Part shown: in pieces, positions 1 to 11,904 of the stretch
Numbering within the stretch: the stretch's first letter is position 1
Layout of the letters: the number at the start of each line of letters is the position of its first letter
NCBI GenBank assembly: GCA_951406725.2
Contig: OX597814.1
Coordinates: 88,660,001-88,724,000, forward strand
Origin: Octopus vulgaris
Lineage: Eukaryota
DNA: 64,000 nt
Direction: 5' to 3'
Notes under the pieces: generated by a model
Seen by the model: the letters and a program-made list of their open reading frames with translations, nothing else
Told to the model about the DNA's origin: nothing
The model's database searches: none
Translations under genes and position numbers: made by a program

Positions 1-69
1 TGAAGAATCGGAATGAGTGTTTCACTATTGTGCAGATTATAGTTAAATTTTAAAATGATGGATTCTGAT

Positions 70-262
70 TTAGGCCAAAAATTTTGAAAGGAGGGAATTA
101 GTCGACATCATCGATCCCAGTACTTGATTAATACTTTAATTTAATGTTCCAGAAAGAATGAAAGGCAAACTCGACCTCAGCAGGATTTGAACTCGGAACG
201 TAAAGGAATCCTTCAAAGCATTTTGTCCGAACCTTTAGCGATTCTGCTAGCTCATGGCAGGC
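70..262 (-). mobile_element. tRNA-derived SINE (Meta-domain-like family), degraded
   Basis: Reverse complement matches the family body seen intact at 63684-63920 (gttc..agttcaaat..c.g.tgaggtcga.tttgcctttcat). Confidence 0.75.
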
Positions 263-462
263 AGGACTAAACAATGGCTGCTGATGGTTTGCCTGACACA
301 CCCCATACAATAGAAATATCACATTTATTTGTATAAAACCCAATTACAGTTGCTTAAATAATTCTGTAACGAATCTGATATATCTAATAAACGGTTGACT
401 GGTTTGAGCTTGGTATGGATTACTTTGTCAGCCTTATTGTCACATAAAAAAACCTTTATTTC

Positions 463-629
463 GAGAAGAAGAAGAAGAAGAAGAAGAAGAAGAAGAAGAA
501 GAAGAAGAAGAAGAAGAAGAAGAAGAAGAAGAAGAAGAAGAAGAAGAAGAAGAAGAAGAAGAAGAAGAAGAAGAAGAAGAAGAAGAAGAAGAAGAAGAAG
601 AAGAAGAAGAAGAAGAAGAAGAAGAAGAA
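463..629. repeat. (GAA)n microsatellite
   Basis: Pure GAA run; explains the poly-R and poly-S ORFs. Confidence 0.98.
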
Positions 630-1139
630 TTAATAGTGACTGAAAACAAAAGATGAATCCATTGCCTACGTCATACTTTCAGCTGAACAAAATTTCGTGA
701 CTGACCCAAGTATTTCATGAATCTTTTCGCATGTTACTGTAGATAAATATGTTTACAGTTTTAGAACAGAGAGAAATACGTACACGCAAGCACGCACTCA
801 GACACAGAAATACACGCATATTTAAAGCTGAATCGCAATGCATTACTACTCGAAGTGTTATGTTCTAGGTCTTCAGGCGATTGAAATTGTGGACTTTGAG
901 ACGTTTTTAAATACATTAGGAATGTATAGAAACATATCTTCAGTCCAGTGACACTAACAATATAGAGGTTTCCGGCGTGTATGTGAACCATAATATACAG
1001 TTCTACTGCCGATTCTTACATCATAGTAATGCACCGGCTCCAGCATTCAATCCTTATAAGGACAGGTTGGTAAAAAATCAAAACTCACTATCTTCAATTC
1101 GGTTTATGTGATTATTCTTACCAATAGTTATGAATGTTG

Positions 1140-1520
1140 AGTGATGAATGAAAGAGTACGAATGCGAAAGATCTCCGGAGTAACGTTACTCGATAGGGTG
1201 AGTAGCTCGGAGTTTAGTGAGTCTCTCCAGGTCGAGCTCCTACTTTAACGCATTGTGAGATCACAGCTCTAGTACTGCGGATATGTGATAAGAATATCAT
1301 AGGAATGAATTGCAAGATAGATTCTTCAAACCGAGCCAACCGGAAAGAGAACATGGGTAGACCATAACGAGATGGTTGAATGATACCTATAATCTCAGTT
1401 GGTCACGCTTAGGAATCCAGCCGGAAAGTGGAATGACAGCTACTTTTGATAGGACCTTATGGAGGAAGTGCCTGAGGACTCTACTTTCACGAACCATCCA
1501 GTAACAGTGGGAAAGAAAGA
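1140..1520 (+). mobile_element. RTE-clade LINE 3' fragment, decayed
   Basis: Broken frame reads MRKISGVTLLDRVSSSE...RSQL*YCGYVIR...EPTGKR..GRP..RWLND, the typical RTE ORF C-terminus. Confidence 0.7.
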
Positions 1521-1879
1521 TGAATAGATTTTCACACTTCTATAGAAACCCTTGAGAAAAACATCAGCATATGCTCTTTTTCGCACCACCCAGAAAATTC
1601 CATTTACCCAAACTTTTCAACAGAATTAAGGTCAATGCTTGTTGAAGAAAAGTCGCCCTAGCTTCGACTGAATTTTGTACAAAACCTTTAGAAAATCTAT
1701 ATAATTCTGACAAAGTTCTAAATTGTCTTTCTTTCTTCTGTCCCTCCCACGCAAGGTCATCTGAAACTCTCTGCAGATGGTATTCTTTCCCTAAATTGTT
1801 CTTTACGATCACATGGACACTTATACCTGAACAGAGAGCTTGTTATTAGAACTAACAGTCAAATATATATATATATATA

Positions 1880-2763
1880 CTAGGTCTGATCAATAGCTAT
1901 CCGGACTGTTGCCATAGTAACGAAGCTGAAGCATGCATGCTAAAGCCGCTTGGCAAAGATTGACCTTCAACCCTGTTATGCCTGCACACTAGATTTTAAC
2001 GTTCTAGCTTACTTCCGCTGTTTACAGCAGTACTTGGAATGAACGTCTGTAGCGTCTGTAGCGTGTTATCGTCGCATTGATCATGGCAGAGAAAGTTGTC
2101 ATGGCGAAACCTGCTCAGATGCCTACGAAAAGTTGTAGAAAGTGTATGGAGAGAAGTGTATGAGCCGCACACAAGCGTATGAGTGCTTTAGACGTTTCCA
2201 CAGTGGTTGTAAAAATGTCGATAGTGGTGAACGTTCTGGGTGACCCGCAACCAGCAGAACTGTGAAAAACATCGGATGTGCGTGCAGCTGTGAAGGGAAA
2301 TCGTCGAATCGCCATCCGTGAGTTATCAGAGGATGTACAGATTAGTTACAGTTCAGTTCAGTCCATTATCACTGAAGATTTGGGTATGAGATGCGTGTCT
2401 GCCAAGTTTGTGCCAAAACTGCTTTTAGTTGACCAAAAAGACACTCGCGTTTCAGTAGCACAAGATCTCTTTGATTGCGTCGAGAACGATAAAAACGTTT
2501 TGAAAACTTTGCGTCGGCCTTTGAGCAGGTATCACCAATTTTGACAAAATTTTATGCAAATTCTCTGCTCAACTTTTTCTGTCATGGTCAGTGCGACGAT
2601 CACACGCTATGCACCTTCCTTGCAAGCACTGCTATAAACATCAGAAGTGAGCTAGAACGTTAAAACTTAATGCACATGCACAATCTGTGTCAAGCGGCTT
2701 TACTCTGTGTGCTTTAGCATCGTTACTATGGCAACAGTCCGGATACTTATTGATCACACCACG
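1880..2763 (+). mobile_element. Non-autonomous mariner derivative with ~200-bp inverted ends
   Basis: TA at both flanks (1878-79, 2764-65). Terminal inverted repeat (TIR) tgatcaata..tatccggactgttgccatagtaacg on both ends. Internal HTH fragment RRIAIRELSEDVQISYSSVQSIITEDLGMRCVSAKFVPKLL (WVP-type linker). Confidence 0.9.
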
Positions 2764-3239
2764 TATAAGAGCACTTCAAATTCCACAGTGCCATTCGCCG
2801 TGAGAGGGATGCAAGAAAATCAGAGCATCAAGTGTTTCAAGGAACAAATGGTAAAAAATTAATATGAACTTGTGTCTATCGTAATTTTTCCAAGCACAGA
2901 TCCATGTTTCGCCAGACAAAGCCAAAAATATGTAGGAAAGTAATAGTCGTATACATATTAGCCACATTTCAAAGAATATTACCAACAACTATAAATAAAA
3001 CTAACTCTAGAACATATTATGCTATTAATATCGAAGCAAAATAGCTACTAACCTAAAATATATAACAGAATGGAATCTTTTGCGTTACTTGAACCATATG
3101 CAGTAGATTTAAAATTTAAGGGAAATATAGATGACTTTCTCGCCAATTGCATATGCAAATTAATTAATCTGGCTAAAGTATCTTATAATAATTCTGCTTG
3201 GCATTGCGCTATTTAACCCGTCGGTAACGCTTTCACATA

Positions 3240-3670
3240 ATTAGAGAAAAAGAGGGAGAAAGAAAAAAGGAAAAGAGAAAAAGTGGGAGAGAAAAGAGGG
3301 AGAGACAAAAAGAGGGAGAGAGAAGCGTCCATGACGTGAGGTAGGGGAGCGTAATATTTATTACGTGGTTAAAAAGTTAGGTGAAGGTACAGGAGGAGAG
3401 TTAAAGATATAATTTTAGCTGAGGGGTGATGTTCTGATGGTGAGGTTAAAGAAAGGTAGAGAGAGAGAAAGAGAGGGAAAGATAGAAGAGGGAGAGAGAG
3501 GAAGAAAGAGAGAGAGAAGGAAAGAGAGAGGGGGGAGGCAGAGAGATGATGATGATGGTGGTGGTAGTAGTGGGGATGGAGGTTGTGGCGGTGGTTTGGT
3601 GGTGGTGGTAGTGGTGGTGGTGGTAGTAGTGGCGGGGGTCGTGGTGGGGGTGGCAGTAGTGATTGGATAG
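3240..3670. repeat. GA-rich and (GTG/GAT)n low-complexity tract
   Basis: Direct inspection. Confidence 0.85.
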
Positions 3671-4549
3671 TGAAAATTGTACTTTTAAAAATTGAACTAA
3701 GTTTTTTTTTATATTACCTGTCACTTAACGCATGCGCATAAGTGCAATTCCGTGAAATACGCTTATCTATGTGACAGATATATGCAATGTAACTAAAGGT
3801 TATATTATATGTACGAGATTTATAGGAAAAATAAGAGTGGATATTTATTCTATGGACGCCGTGTGTTAAATCTATAAAATTGTTCATAAACTATATAAAG
3901 CGTATATATAAAGTGCATTAGTAATCATTGTATTCCAGTTTGTTTTGCTTTTCAATGAGTAGCAGATGAGAGACTATCTTCTCATACAGACACAACTCAG
4001 GCTACGCTTTTTGAATTAAGTTTTCAGAAATGACCCAATGGGTTTAGCATTAATTCCGTGAAATATTCACGAGTCCCGTTAGTAGCCAATAAAAGTAGTT
4101 TAGATTCGATTGTTTTAACATTAAGTATGTAAATTCTGTTACCTTGTGGAATAATTGCATATTTATCATCACATGGTTCTGTAATATGGGTAATAAGTAC
4201 TTTTATAAGACTGTATTGGATATTTTAAAATGCGGTATAGTTTTTTATTACACTTATATTCTAGTTATTGTTTCAAACAATAAATGTTTTGTTATTTTAC
4301 GGTAATACTGTTTCAGATTCGACAATTTATGTATTTGATACTACATTCGTCGCTACACAGTTTTGTGTTACCTCTAATATATATATAAAAACTTAGCTTA
4401 GTTTTTAAAAAATAGTTTTCACTCTCCAATCACTACCGCCATCTCCACCACCTCCATCCCTATTACCACCACCTCCATCCCTATTACCACCACCATCATC
4501 TTGACAATGTGGTGTTGATAAAATCTAAGTTTCTTTTACATTGACACAC

Positions 4550-4680
4550 AATACATACATTCATATATACATAAATATGTATGTATGTATGTATGTATGC
4601 ATGTATGTATGTATGTATGTATGTATGTATGTATGTATGTATGTATGTATGTATGTATGTATGTATGTATTTGTATGTAC
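4550..4680. repeat. (TATG)n microsatellite
   Basis: Direct inspection. Confidence 0.97.
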
Positions 4681-4689
4681 ATATTTTCA

Positions 4690-5600
4690 GTAGGAAAACA
4701 TATTTTCATTAGTAGACTTTGTCCACCATCATTAGTTAATAATTCAACTGAAAGAGCAGAGGCAATTGTTATCGGTGATTTAAGAACGGTGAAAAAAAAA
4801 AAACAGACACAAATATCTTACTGTATATCTCAATCCACAACCCTAAGAATACAGAGACGGTATGATGTAATTAAGTAAAATTTACCCCTGTTCAAACGTG
4901 ATCCTATAATGAGGAGAATCTTTGAAAAACGGAAACTAATTAAAAGTAAAAACAACTGCTACAATCATTGAAGCATCTTTTAACAAGTGTCCAGTTACTT
5001 GCTAGTATTACACAAGTTACCAACCAATATTACACGGCTTCAAAAAAAGGTGCAAATTTTTAAAACGAAAACCTACTTTCATGTCTTTCGGAAAACTTGC
5101 CGTGGGTGTGGTCAGAATTATATTGCCCAAATAGGCATGTCACTCAGAAAACATTTGACAAATACGTGATCCGAACATAGGAAGAATTCGACTAAGTGAA
5201 CATCTGAATAGATGTACAGAAACTTGGCAACCAAAATTTTAGCTTTTTCCACTATAACACTGCAGAAAATATGACAGAACAATAAAGAAACTTTTTTTTA
5301 CAGCAAAATATATACCAAGTTTAAATCATTGACCAACTACTGTTTTCTACTTCTAATTCATTTACTAATATTTATAAGATATATTACCTCTCGCATCTTT
5401 GAATAATTAGAAGTACAAAAATGTATGCCCTTAATTTGAATCTAATAACATGATCAATATTACCTTCCTTGTTATCTAGTGTGTCTATAACAAAACTTTT
5501 CCTGGTAGGCATATTAAATATAATATGAAGGCTAGTAGCAAGCCAAACATTGCCATGAATATATTCTGTAAAAATTGAAACCGGTTTGAAATGATTTATT
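4690..5600 (+). mobile_element. Penelope-like element 3' remnant (GIY-YIG endonuclease)
   Basis: ORF 4987-5169 ends TCRGCGQNYIAQIGMSLRKHLT, resembling the PLE GIY-YIG motif C..C...YIG.T...L..R. Boundaries approximate. Confidence 0.7.
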
Positions 5601-5860
5601 TTGATGTATTTTTACAATTATGGACTTTGAAGAGCTTACTATGGTATTTCGAAATTATATGAATGTCTTTAGGAATCCATTATCTTGAAATGATTTGATT
5701 GTAGTAATGTATTTTGGATATAATACAATATTTACGAATATGTAATCATGTATTTTGAAATTATTTGATTGTGATAATTTACTTTCCAGTAAATATTATC
5801 GTATTTCGAAATTAATTTACTGTAATAATATACTTCGAATTAATTCACTGTAGTATAAAA
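5600..5860. repeat. Degenerate ~28-30-bp AT-rich minisatellite
   Basis: Recurring gtatt(t)cgaaattatttgattgtaataat-like units. Confidence 0.5.
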
Positions 5861-6744
5861 AAAAGACAACGGATTTTCATGTTACTCTTCCATACTTCTC
5901 GGCTTGTATGTTATATTAACAGTATATATATATAAAGAATAGAAATTCAAAGAATTAAACAGAGCTCACAGTATGTTTTCCACCTGGTGTCTAGCTACTG
6001 AGAAAGACAATGGTCGAAACTCAAGTGTCAGATTAACGTCACCGTTGTTCCGAAAATCCAGGAATGATATTGGTGGAGAGTATATAATGATTAAGCAAAA
6101 TATAGTAAGTGAGAGATGAAATATATATTCCATTTGTTGAGAGCTATTTCATAATCCATATCCAGGTACATCAGCGACGCTAAAACAACCAACACATATA
6201 TAAATGTACAGTTGTAACATAATAAACATTTCATAAGCATATAGATCTGCTCAATTTAGCTAGGCTGTCGCATATAGTAGTAGACTTGAGATGCATTTGT
6301 TAAACTTCCAAACTTTAAAGATACTAGAATGCCCATATTTGAAACATAATAAAAAACAAAAACAAAAAAATATATATAGAATCATAACATAAATAAAATA
6401 AAATCAAAAATAGAGTAATTAGTCGTCTGTTTGCTTCACAAAATTTAGGTGTATACTATTATAAGATATAAAAATACAAATATATAATAATAACGTAAAG
6501 AGTAAGATAACAATTGAAATAAGAAAATGTAAAAAAATAAATAAGAAATTAAATTATAGGGAAAATTTTGCAAAGACACCCATGTGTTTACGAAAAAAAA
6601 AGGATTTGACTTTAATTATGGACCACCAAGTACATATGCTCCAAAAGAGGTAGTAAAAATTCCACGCCTGACTGGTTTTGAAAGGCAGATGTATCTGTCA
6701 TTACATTGACCACCTATATGTAAGTACACATGCTTACACGTGCA

Positions 6745-6798
<54 letters not shown>

Positions 6799-7027
6799 AA
6801 TAATAAACACATATACACATGCGCGCACACACATACATAATTTGTAAAGATGTTATCAAAATATGATTTTCTATCATGCTTATAGACAAGCAATCAATTC
6901 ATACACATATATGTACATATACATTCACACACACACACATATATGCACGCATACATGTACAGACAAATATATAAATGTATGCATATTTGTACAAATATGT
7001 GTATATATATATATATGTATATATGTA

Positions 7028-7096
<69 letters not shown>
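6745..7096. repeat. Compound (CA)n/(TA)n/(TG)n microsatellites
   Basis: Direct inspection. Confidence 0.95.
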
Positions 7097-7158
7097 AAAC
7101 AAAAAAATTATTATTTCTAAATTTCTCAACGAGAGACAATCAGTAACAGTACTCTGAA

Positions 7159-7405
7159 GTAAAGATTATTTATCAACATAATGTGGCAGAAAAATGTTGC
7201 TGTTATGTAGCCCCAGGAAACATCGTCTCCAGCTGGCTATACGACACATTATTCTTATATTTTCGAACAATGAAGTGTGCTATATTTGAAAATATAAGGA
7301 CACAGTGTGTCGTATAGCCAGCTGGAGTCGATGTTTCCTGGGGTTCATTAACAGTAACTTTCATCTCAACCAAGACTGCCACACTATATTGGCAAATAAT
7401 CTTTA

Positions 7406-7406
<1 letters not shown>
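7159..7406. repeat. Imperfect foldback (arms ~110-120 bp) beside (TA)n
   Basis: ccccaggaaacatcg.ctccagctggctatacgacaca is mirrored by tgtgtcgtatagccagctggag.cgatgtttcctgggg. Outer ends are gtaaagattattt and aaataatctttac. Confidence 0.9.
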
Positions 7407-7451
<45 letters not shown>

Positions 7452-7457
<6 letters not shown>

Positions 7458-7925
7458 GTAAAGAGTGAAAAAACGACAGAAGGCTTAAATGTTAAAAAAT
7501 ATATGTATTTGCGTCAATATGTCTGAAGAATATTAGAAAATTTTTTAAACAAATTTTTTTCCTTTATAATGACATAATTTTTAAAGAAAGACCGGTTTCG
7601 CATTTAGCTTTTCAAATTTCTTGTGACGTTATGTTTATGTTTAATAGAGTTATCCTTGTAGAACTCTCCGGAGCTTAAACACAAGGATAACTCTATTAAA
7701 CATAAACATAACGTCACAAGAAATTTGAAAAGCTAAATGCGAAACCGGTCTTTCTTTAAAAATTATGTCATTATAAAGGAAAAAAATTTGTTTAAAAAAT
7801 TTTCTAATATTCTTCAGACATATTGACGCAAATATATATATTTTTTAACATTTAAGCCTTCTGTCGTTTTTTCACTCTTTACTATTTTTTATATATTCAC
7901 CCACGTGCTTTCACAAACCAACTTT

Positions 7926-7928
<3 letters not shown>
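7452..7928. mobile_element. Near-perfect foldback insert (208-bp arms, 21-nt loop) plus a 40-bp tail inside (TA)n; probable PLE tail with 5' inversion
   Basis: 7452-7659 is the reverse complement of 7681-7888 with one mismatch seen; loop 7660-7680; flanked both sides by (TA)n; carries a hammerhead motif. Confidence 0.85.
7718..7756 (+). ncRNA. Minimal type-I hammerhead ribozyme motif, U3-A8 variant (mirror copy on the minus strand in the left arm)
   Basis: AAGAAA-U-UUGAAAA-GC(UAAAU)GC-GAAA-CCGG-UC/UUUCUU. Stem I 6 bp, stem II 2 bp, palindromic stem III, GUC cleavage triplet. Confidence 0.6.
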
Positions 7929-7982
<54 letters not shown>

Positions 7983-8016
7983 GACTTACAAAGATGTACA
8001 GGTGACAGGTATCAAT

Positions 8017-8098
8017 TCATTACGGCCTTTCAAGCGACTCCTTTAATAGATTAATGAAAACATTACATTATTTGTAAGAAACCGTTCTTATCAGATGA
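8017..8098 (-). ncRNA. Degenerate hammerhead motif at the PLE 3' end
   Basis: UCAU-CUGAUAA-[GAACG..long loop..CGCUU]-GAAA-GGCCG-UA/AUGA. G8>A, and probably a lost C in stem III. Confidence 0.45.
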
Positions 8099-9026
8099 TT
8101 GCATAGACTTCAAACATAAACGACACAACCATTTCTTTAACTTATTCACATCAATAATGGAACTCAAAATATTTACATTGTTTCTTTTGATATGTCCGTG
8201 GTAGGATGAGTTTAGAAAATAATATATTACCTTGTTAAGTCTACTATAATTTGGAGAGCAGCAGAGGAAATAGAGGGGGTGGTGGTCAGGATAAAAAGAG
8301 TGGTGACCTAGTTACTTACATTTAAAAAAAAAAACTTTATGTAGAATGTAGTCTTCAACCATTTAGAATCAAATCTATTGGGAATTGTCAACTATATTCT
8401 AGTTAATGGTGCTAAATAAATTAATGTCAGATAATCTACTAGACTCTCAATGTACTAGAACCATACATCTAGCTTTATCTACACAAAAGAGAAAGACGTA
8501 GGGTTAGTAGTAAGAGAATGCCTGATGGGGCAGGGGTGATAATTGGAAGATATAAGAACAGGGATGGCCAATACTTATTTTGATTATCATATTAAAGGGG
8601 AATATAATGAAAAACCAAAGAGATAAGTAATATAAACTATAGAGGTGGAATTTTAGAATTGAAGATTAAGGGAGGTAATAAATATTACTTAGCAAATTTA
8701 TAATATTAAAGTGAGAAAATTTTAATCAATATATAGAAGGATAGAAATTAAATTTACTGCCTAATAATGGGATACTTTGAAATATAAGAAAAATATTAAG
8801 ACTTTTCCTAAACATGTTGTATAGAAGATCACGATAGAACATTATATACTGAATGTATAACGGAATAAAATTATCACATGAATAGAAATTCATAGCATAT
8901 TTTAAACTAATATAAGAAATATTCCCTTCATTACTGGTGGATAAAATATAAGTTATCGTAAAAAATGGTACCCAATATATGGGGTAATTGAATTAGAGGT
9001 ATACTAAATGTATAAGGGAGTACATC

Positions 9027-9410
9027 GTAGGAGTGACTGTGTGGTAAGTAGCTTGTTTACCAGCCACATGGTTCCGGGTTCAGTCCCACTGCGTGGCACC
9101 TCGTGCAAGTGTCTTCTACTATAGCCTCGGGCCGACCAAAGCCTTGTGAGTGGATTTGGAAAATGGAAACTGAAAGAAGCCCGTCATATATATATATATA
9201 CATATATGTGTGTGTATATATGTTTGTGTATCTGTGTTTGTCCTCCCACTAATGACTGACAACCAATGCTGGTGTGTTTACGCCCCCGTAACTTAGTTGT
9301 TCGGCAAAAGATAAGTCCTGGGGTCGATTTGTTCGATTAAAGGCGGTACTCCAGCATGGCCACAGTCAAATGACTGAAACAATTAAAATAATAAAAGAAT
9401 AAAAGAATCC
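9027..9410 (+). mobile_element. tRNA-derived CORE-type SINE
   Basis: A/B-box-like head gtaggagtgactgtgtggtaag...ggttccgggttcagtccc, CORE-like cctcgtgcaagtgtc, internal (TA/TG)n, tail gactgaaacaattaaaataataaaagaat. Confidence 0.88.
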
Positions 9411-10676
9411 GTATCAGTAACCTGGGCAGAATCAGTTGATCCCATAGTAATATCAAAACCATCAAAAGTCTTTTTCTAACCCAGTATTTATTATCAAATA
9501 AAATAACTGATTTTCTAGCTTCTAACATTATTTTAATTTCTTTTAAACTAAGGTTAGAGCTTCTTTTTGCAAACAAAAGAGCTTTATTAAGTACTATAGG
9601 ATTAATAGATGAATAATAGTTATCAATATCTGTCTTTATAAATTTACTTCTATTTTTATTACCTATTCTATCATTATACCAAAGTTCAAGTTTAATTTTT
9701 TTTTCCTAAGTGACAATATATACTTATCTAAAATAATTTTACTTAATCTACCTAGATCAGATCGGCCTGGGCAAATTAATCTAACTTTAAGGTTAGAATA
9801 GAAATTATGTTTATGACTTTTTAAAGTCATCCTGGGCCTCATAGGCACAAATAGCTCTGTTCTGTCATCGGGATCATGATCATTCATAATCTTCTTAGCT
9901 TCCAAGTTAATGGAGCTTAAAGCATTTTACTTACTACCTTATAATTACTAGTAATTTCATTCCTAATTAATTCATGGTATTTTGATATATCCGTATTAAA
10001 TAAATTTCCGGTCTTATCGTTTCGTACAATAATACCATTTTTTCTTTTAAGATCACATACTAAAGATTTTAGATTCTTTAAATGTTCATTCCTCCCAAGG
10101 GGATGCTTAACAAATCTAACATTTCTCACAACAGACCATAAATCGTTCTCAAATTCCGCCAAATGGAGGTTTGATAGTGGGAATTTCTTAGACTTAATGT
10201 TCTTTTTAAATTGTTCAATATCTTCATTATGAGGGTTAATTTTCTGTTCGAATTCCCTATCATTGTAAAACGTTTTCCAACGGATCCTATGGATGAATTC
10301 AGTAGTCTTAGTTATTAAACCCTTCATGCAATCCTACTTTGGTGATATCGGACTGTTCTTCAATGATAAGTGAATTTGTAACTTCCCCATTTTACCAGCG
10401 AAAAACAGTACTATCATTACTCAAGTAATATTTAAAATTAAAATTCAATACAAGGAAAACAGGCTCCTCTATGGGGATGGAAACATCCAATTTTTTACTG
10501 GTTTACTCGTCTACTACACAATATAGCAGAGAAAAACTTTCTCACAATTCAAATGGGTATATATTCAATATAGAAAAATTAAAAGAAAATGGAGACTTAC
10601 GATTGACATATCTTAATTTATTGACATAATATTATAATATAATATAATGTAATATAATATAATATAAATGTTACAA

Positions 10677-10752
10677 TCCTACAACAGTTTCGATTCAACC
10701 CAATAATAAATTTATAAAAATTCATGTTTATGTGTAAGAATCTCATTAGGGA
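10677..10752 (-). ncRNA. Degenerate hammerhead motif at the PLE 5' end
   Basis: UCC-CUAAUGA-GAUUC..loop..GAAUC-GAAA-CUGUUG-UA/GGA. Canonical except G5>A. Confidence 0.55.
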
Positions 10753-10806
10753 AATATTTGAGAAAAATTACATATGAGGAGATTTAGATCCTAGAACATA
10801 CTGAAT

Positions 10807-10917
<111 letters not shown>

Positions 10918-11017
10918 GCAAGGAAAAATTATAAAATGGCAGAATGCTAAATTGAAGGTAGATTTTAATGAAAATGGGTGTATGGAAAATTAAAAAAAAA
11001 AATTTTTTTTTAATATT

Positions 11018-11059
11018 AATTCTAACCGGTTTTCGTCGCAATGCGACTTTTCAAGAATT
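11018..11059 (-). ncRNA. Minimal type-I hammerhead ribozyme motif, U3-A8 variant
   Basis: AAUUC-UUGAAAA-GUCGC(AUU)GCGAC-GAAA-ACCGGU-UA/GAAUU. Perfect 5-bp stems I and II and a palindromic stem III. Lies in a short tail (10915-11100) homologous to the 7452 arm. Confidence 0.75.
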
Positions 11060-11116
11060 GTAAGGTGAAAAGAAAATTTTTTTTTAATATATATAATTAA
11101 AAATATAATACATACA

Positions 11117-11149
<33 letters not shown>

Positions 11150-11160
11150 GTATATATATA

Positions 11161-11510
11161 TTAATAATAAGGAGAACGGAGAGTTCACATCGATAATTTT
11201 ATTTAACAGTTATTTGCAGCATCCTTTTCTGGACAAGGAAAGAATGCTGTAAGTAATTGTTAAATAAAATTATCGATGTGAAAAATTTCCGTTCTCCTTA
11301 TCATTATTAATACTATTACATACTCTACGAAAACTATGCAGTCCTGAACTCGGATTTACCAAGCGGGAATAGTTACCAGAGCCTAGCAACTTAATGCTAA
11401 CTCGGGTGTCACAAAAGGTCAGTTGTGGTTAGCCGGAATCCGAAACTGAATTAAGAGGAAGCACAACAACTGCCAGGATAATATATCCCTTTCAACTCAT
11501 TTTTGGGGAC
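11161..11510. mobile_element. Foldback insert (~70-bp arms, 11161-11310) plus unique tail between (TA)n and (CA)n
   Basis: taaggagaacgga..ttcacatcgataattttatttaaca is mirrored by tgttaaataaaattatcgatgtgaa..tccgttctcctta; 5-nt loop. Confidence 0.8.
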
Positions 11511-11532
11511 ACACATACACAAACGCGCGCGC

Positions 11533-11622
<90 letters not shown>

Positions 11623-11826
11623 CATATGCACCGTAACTTATCAAAATATATAAGTATATTGCCGAATAAAATAATTAGTGGCATTTATTCCAGTACTTTA
11701 CTTTCTGAGTTCGAGTGCTACATTTCATGCATCGAGGATCGATAAAATAATTACTAACTGAACACTAGAGGCGATGCAATCGACTTTCTCCCTCAAAGGT
11801 CAACCATTGTGCCTATAGCAAAAATG

Positions 11827-11827
<1 letters not shown>

Positions 11828-11904
<77 letters not shown>
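11828..11904. repeat. (TAA)n tract at the 3' end of a Dong element
   Basis: Direct inspection. Confidence 0.97.

Larger units (their letters stand above)
7980..10800 (-). mobile_element. Penelope-like retroelement, near full-length but decayed, interrupted by a SINE
   Basis: Minus-strand frames: EFIHRIRWKTFY, IIVRNDKTGNL (DKG/DKT motif), TLKSHKHNF..VRLICPGRSDLGRLSKIILD, FIKTDIDNYYSSI (RT motif A), ITMGSTDSAQVTD (motif B). Flanked by (TA)n, with degenerate hammerheads near both ends. Confidence 0.88.

Noticed and set aside
395-649. Poly-Arg and poly-Ser ORFs, and similar YI/CV/HT/I/N-rich ORFs throughout
   Set aside because: Translations of microsatellites, not genes.
3205-3925. Helitron terminus (aacccgtcggtaacg)
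   Set aside because: Hairpin incomplete and no CTAG end; boundaries undefined.
5520-5595. Hammerhead at the end of the GIY-YIG remnant (gaaaccggtt)
   Set aside because: Has the ACCGGT palindrome but no recoverable core or stems.
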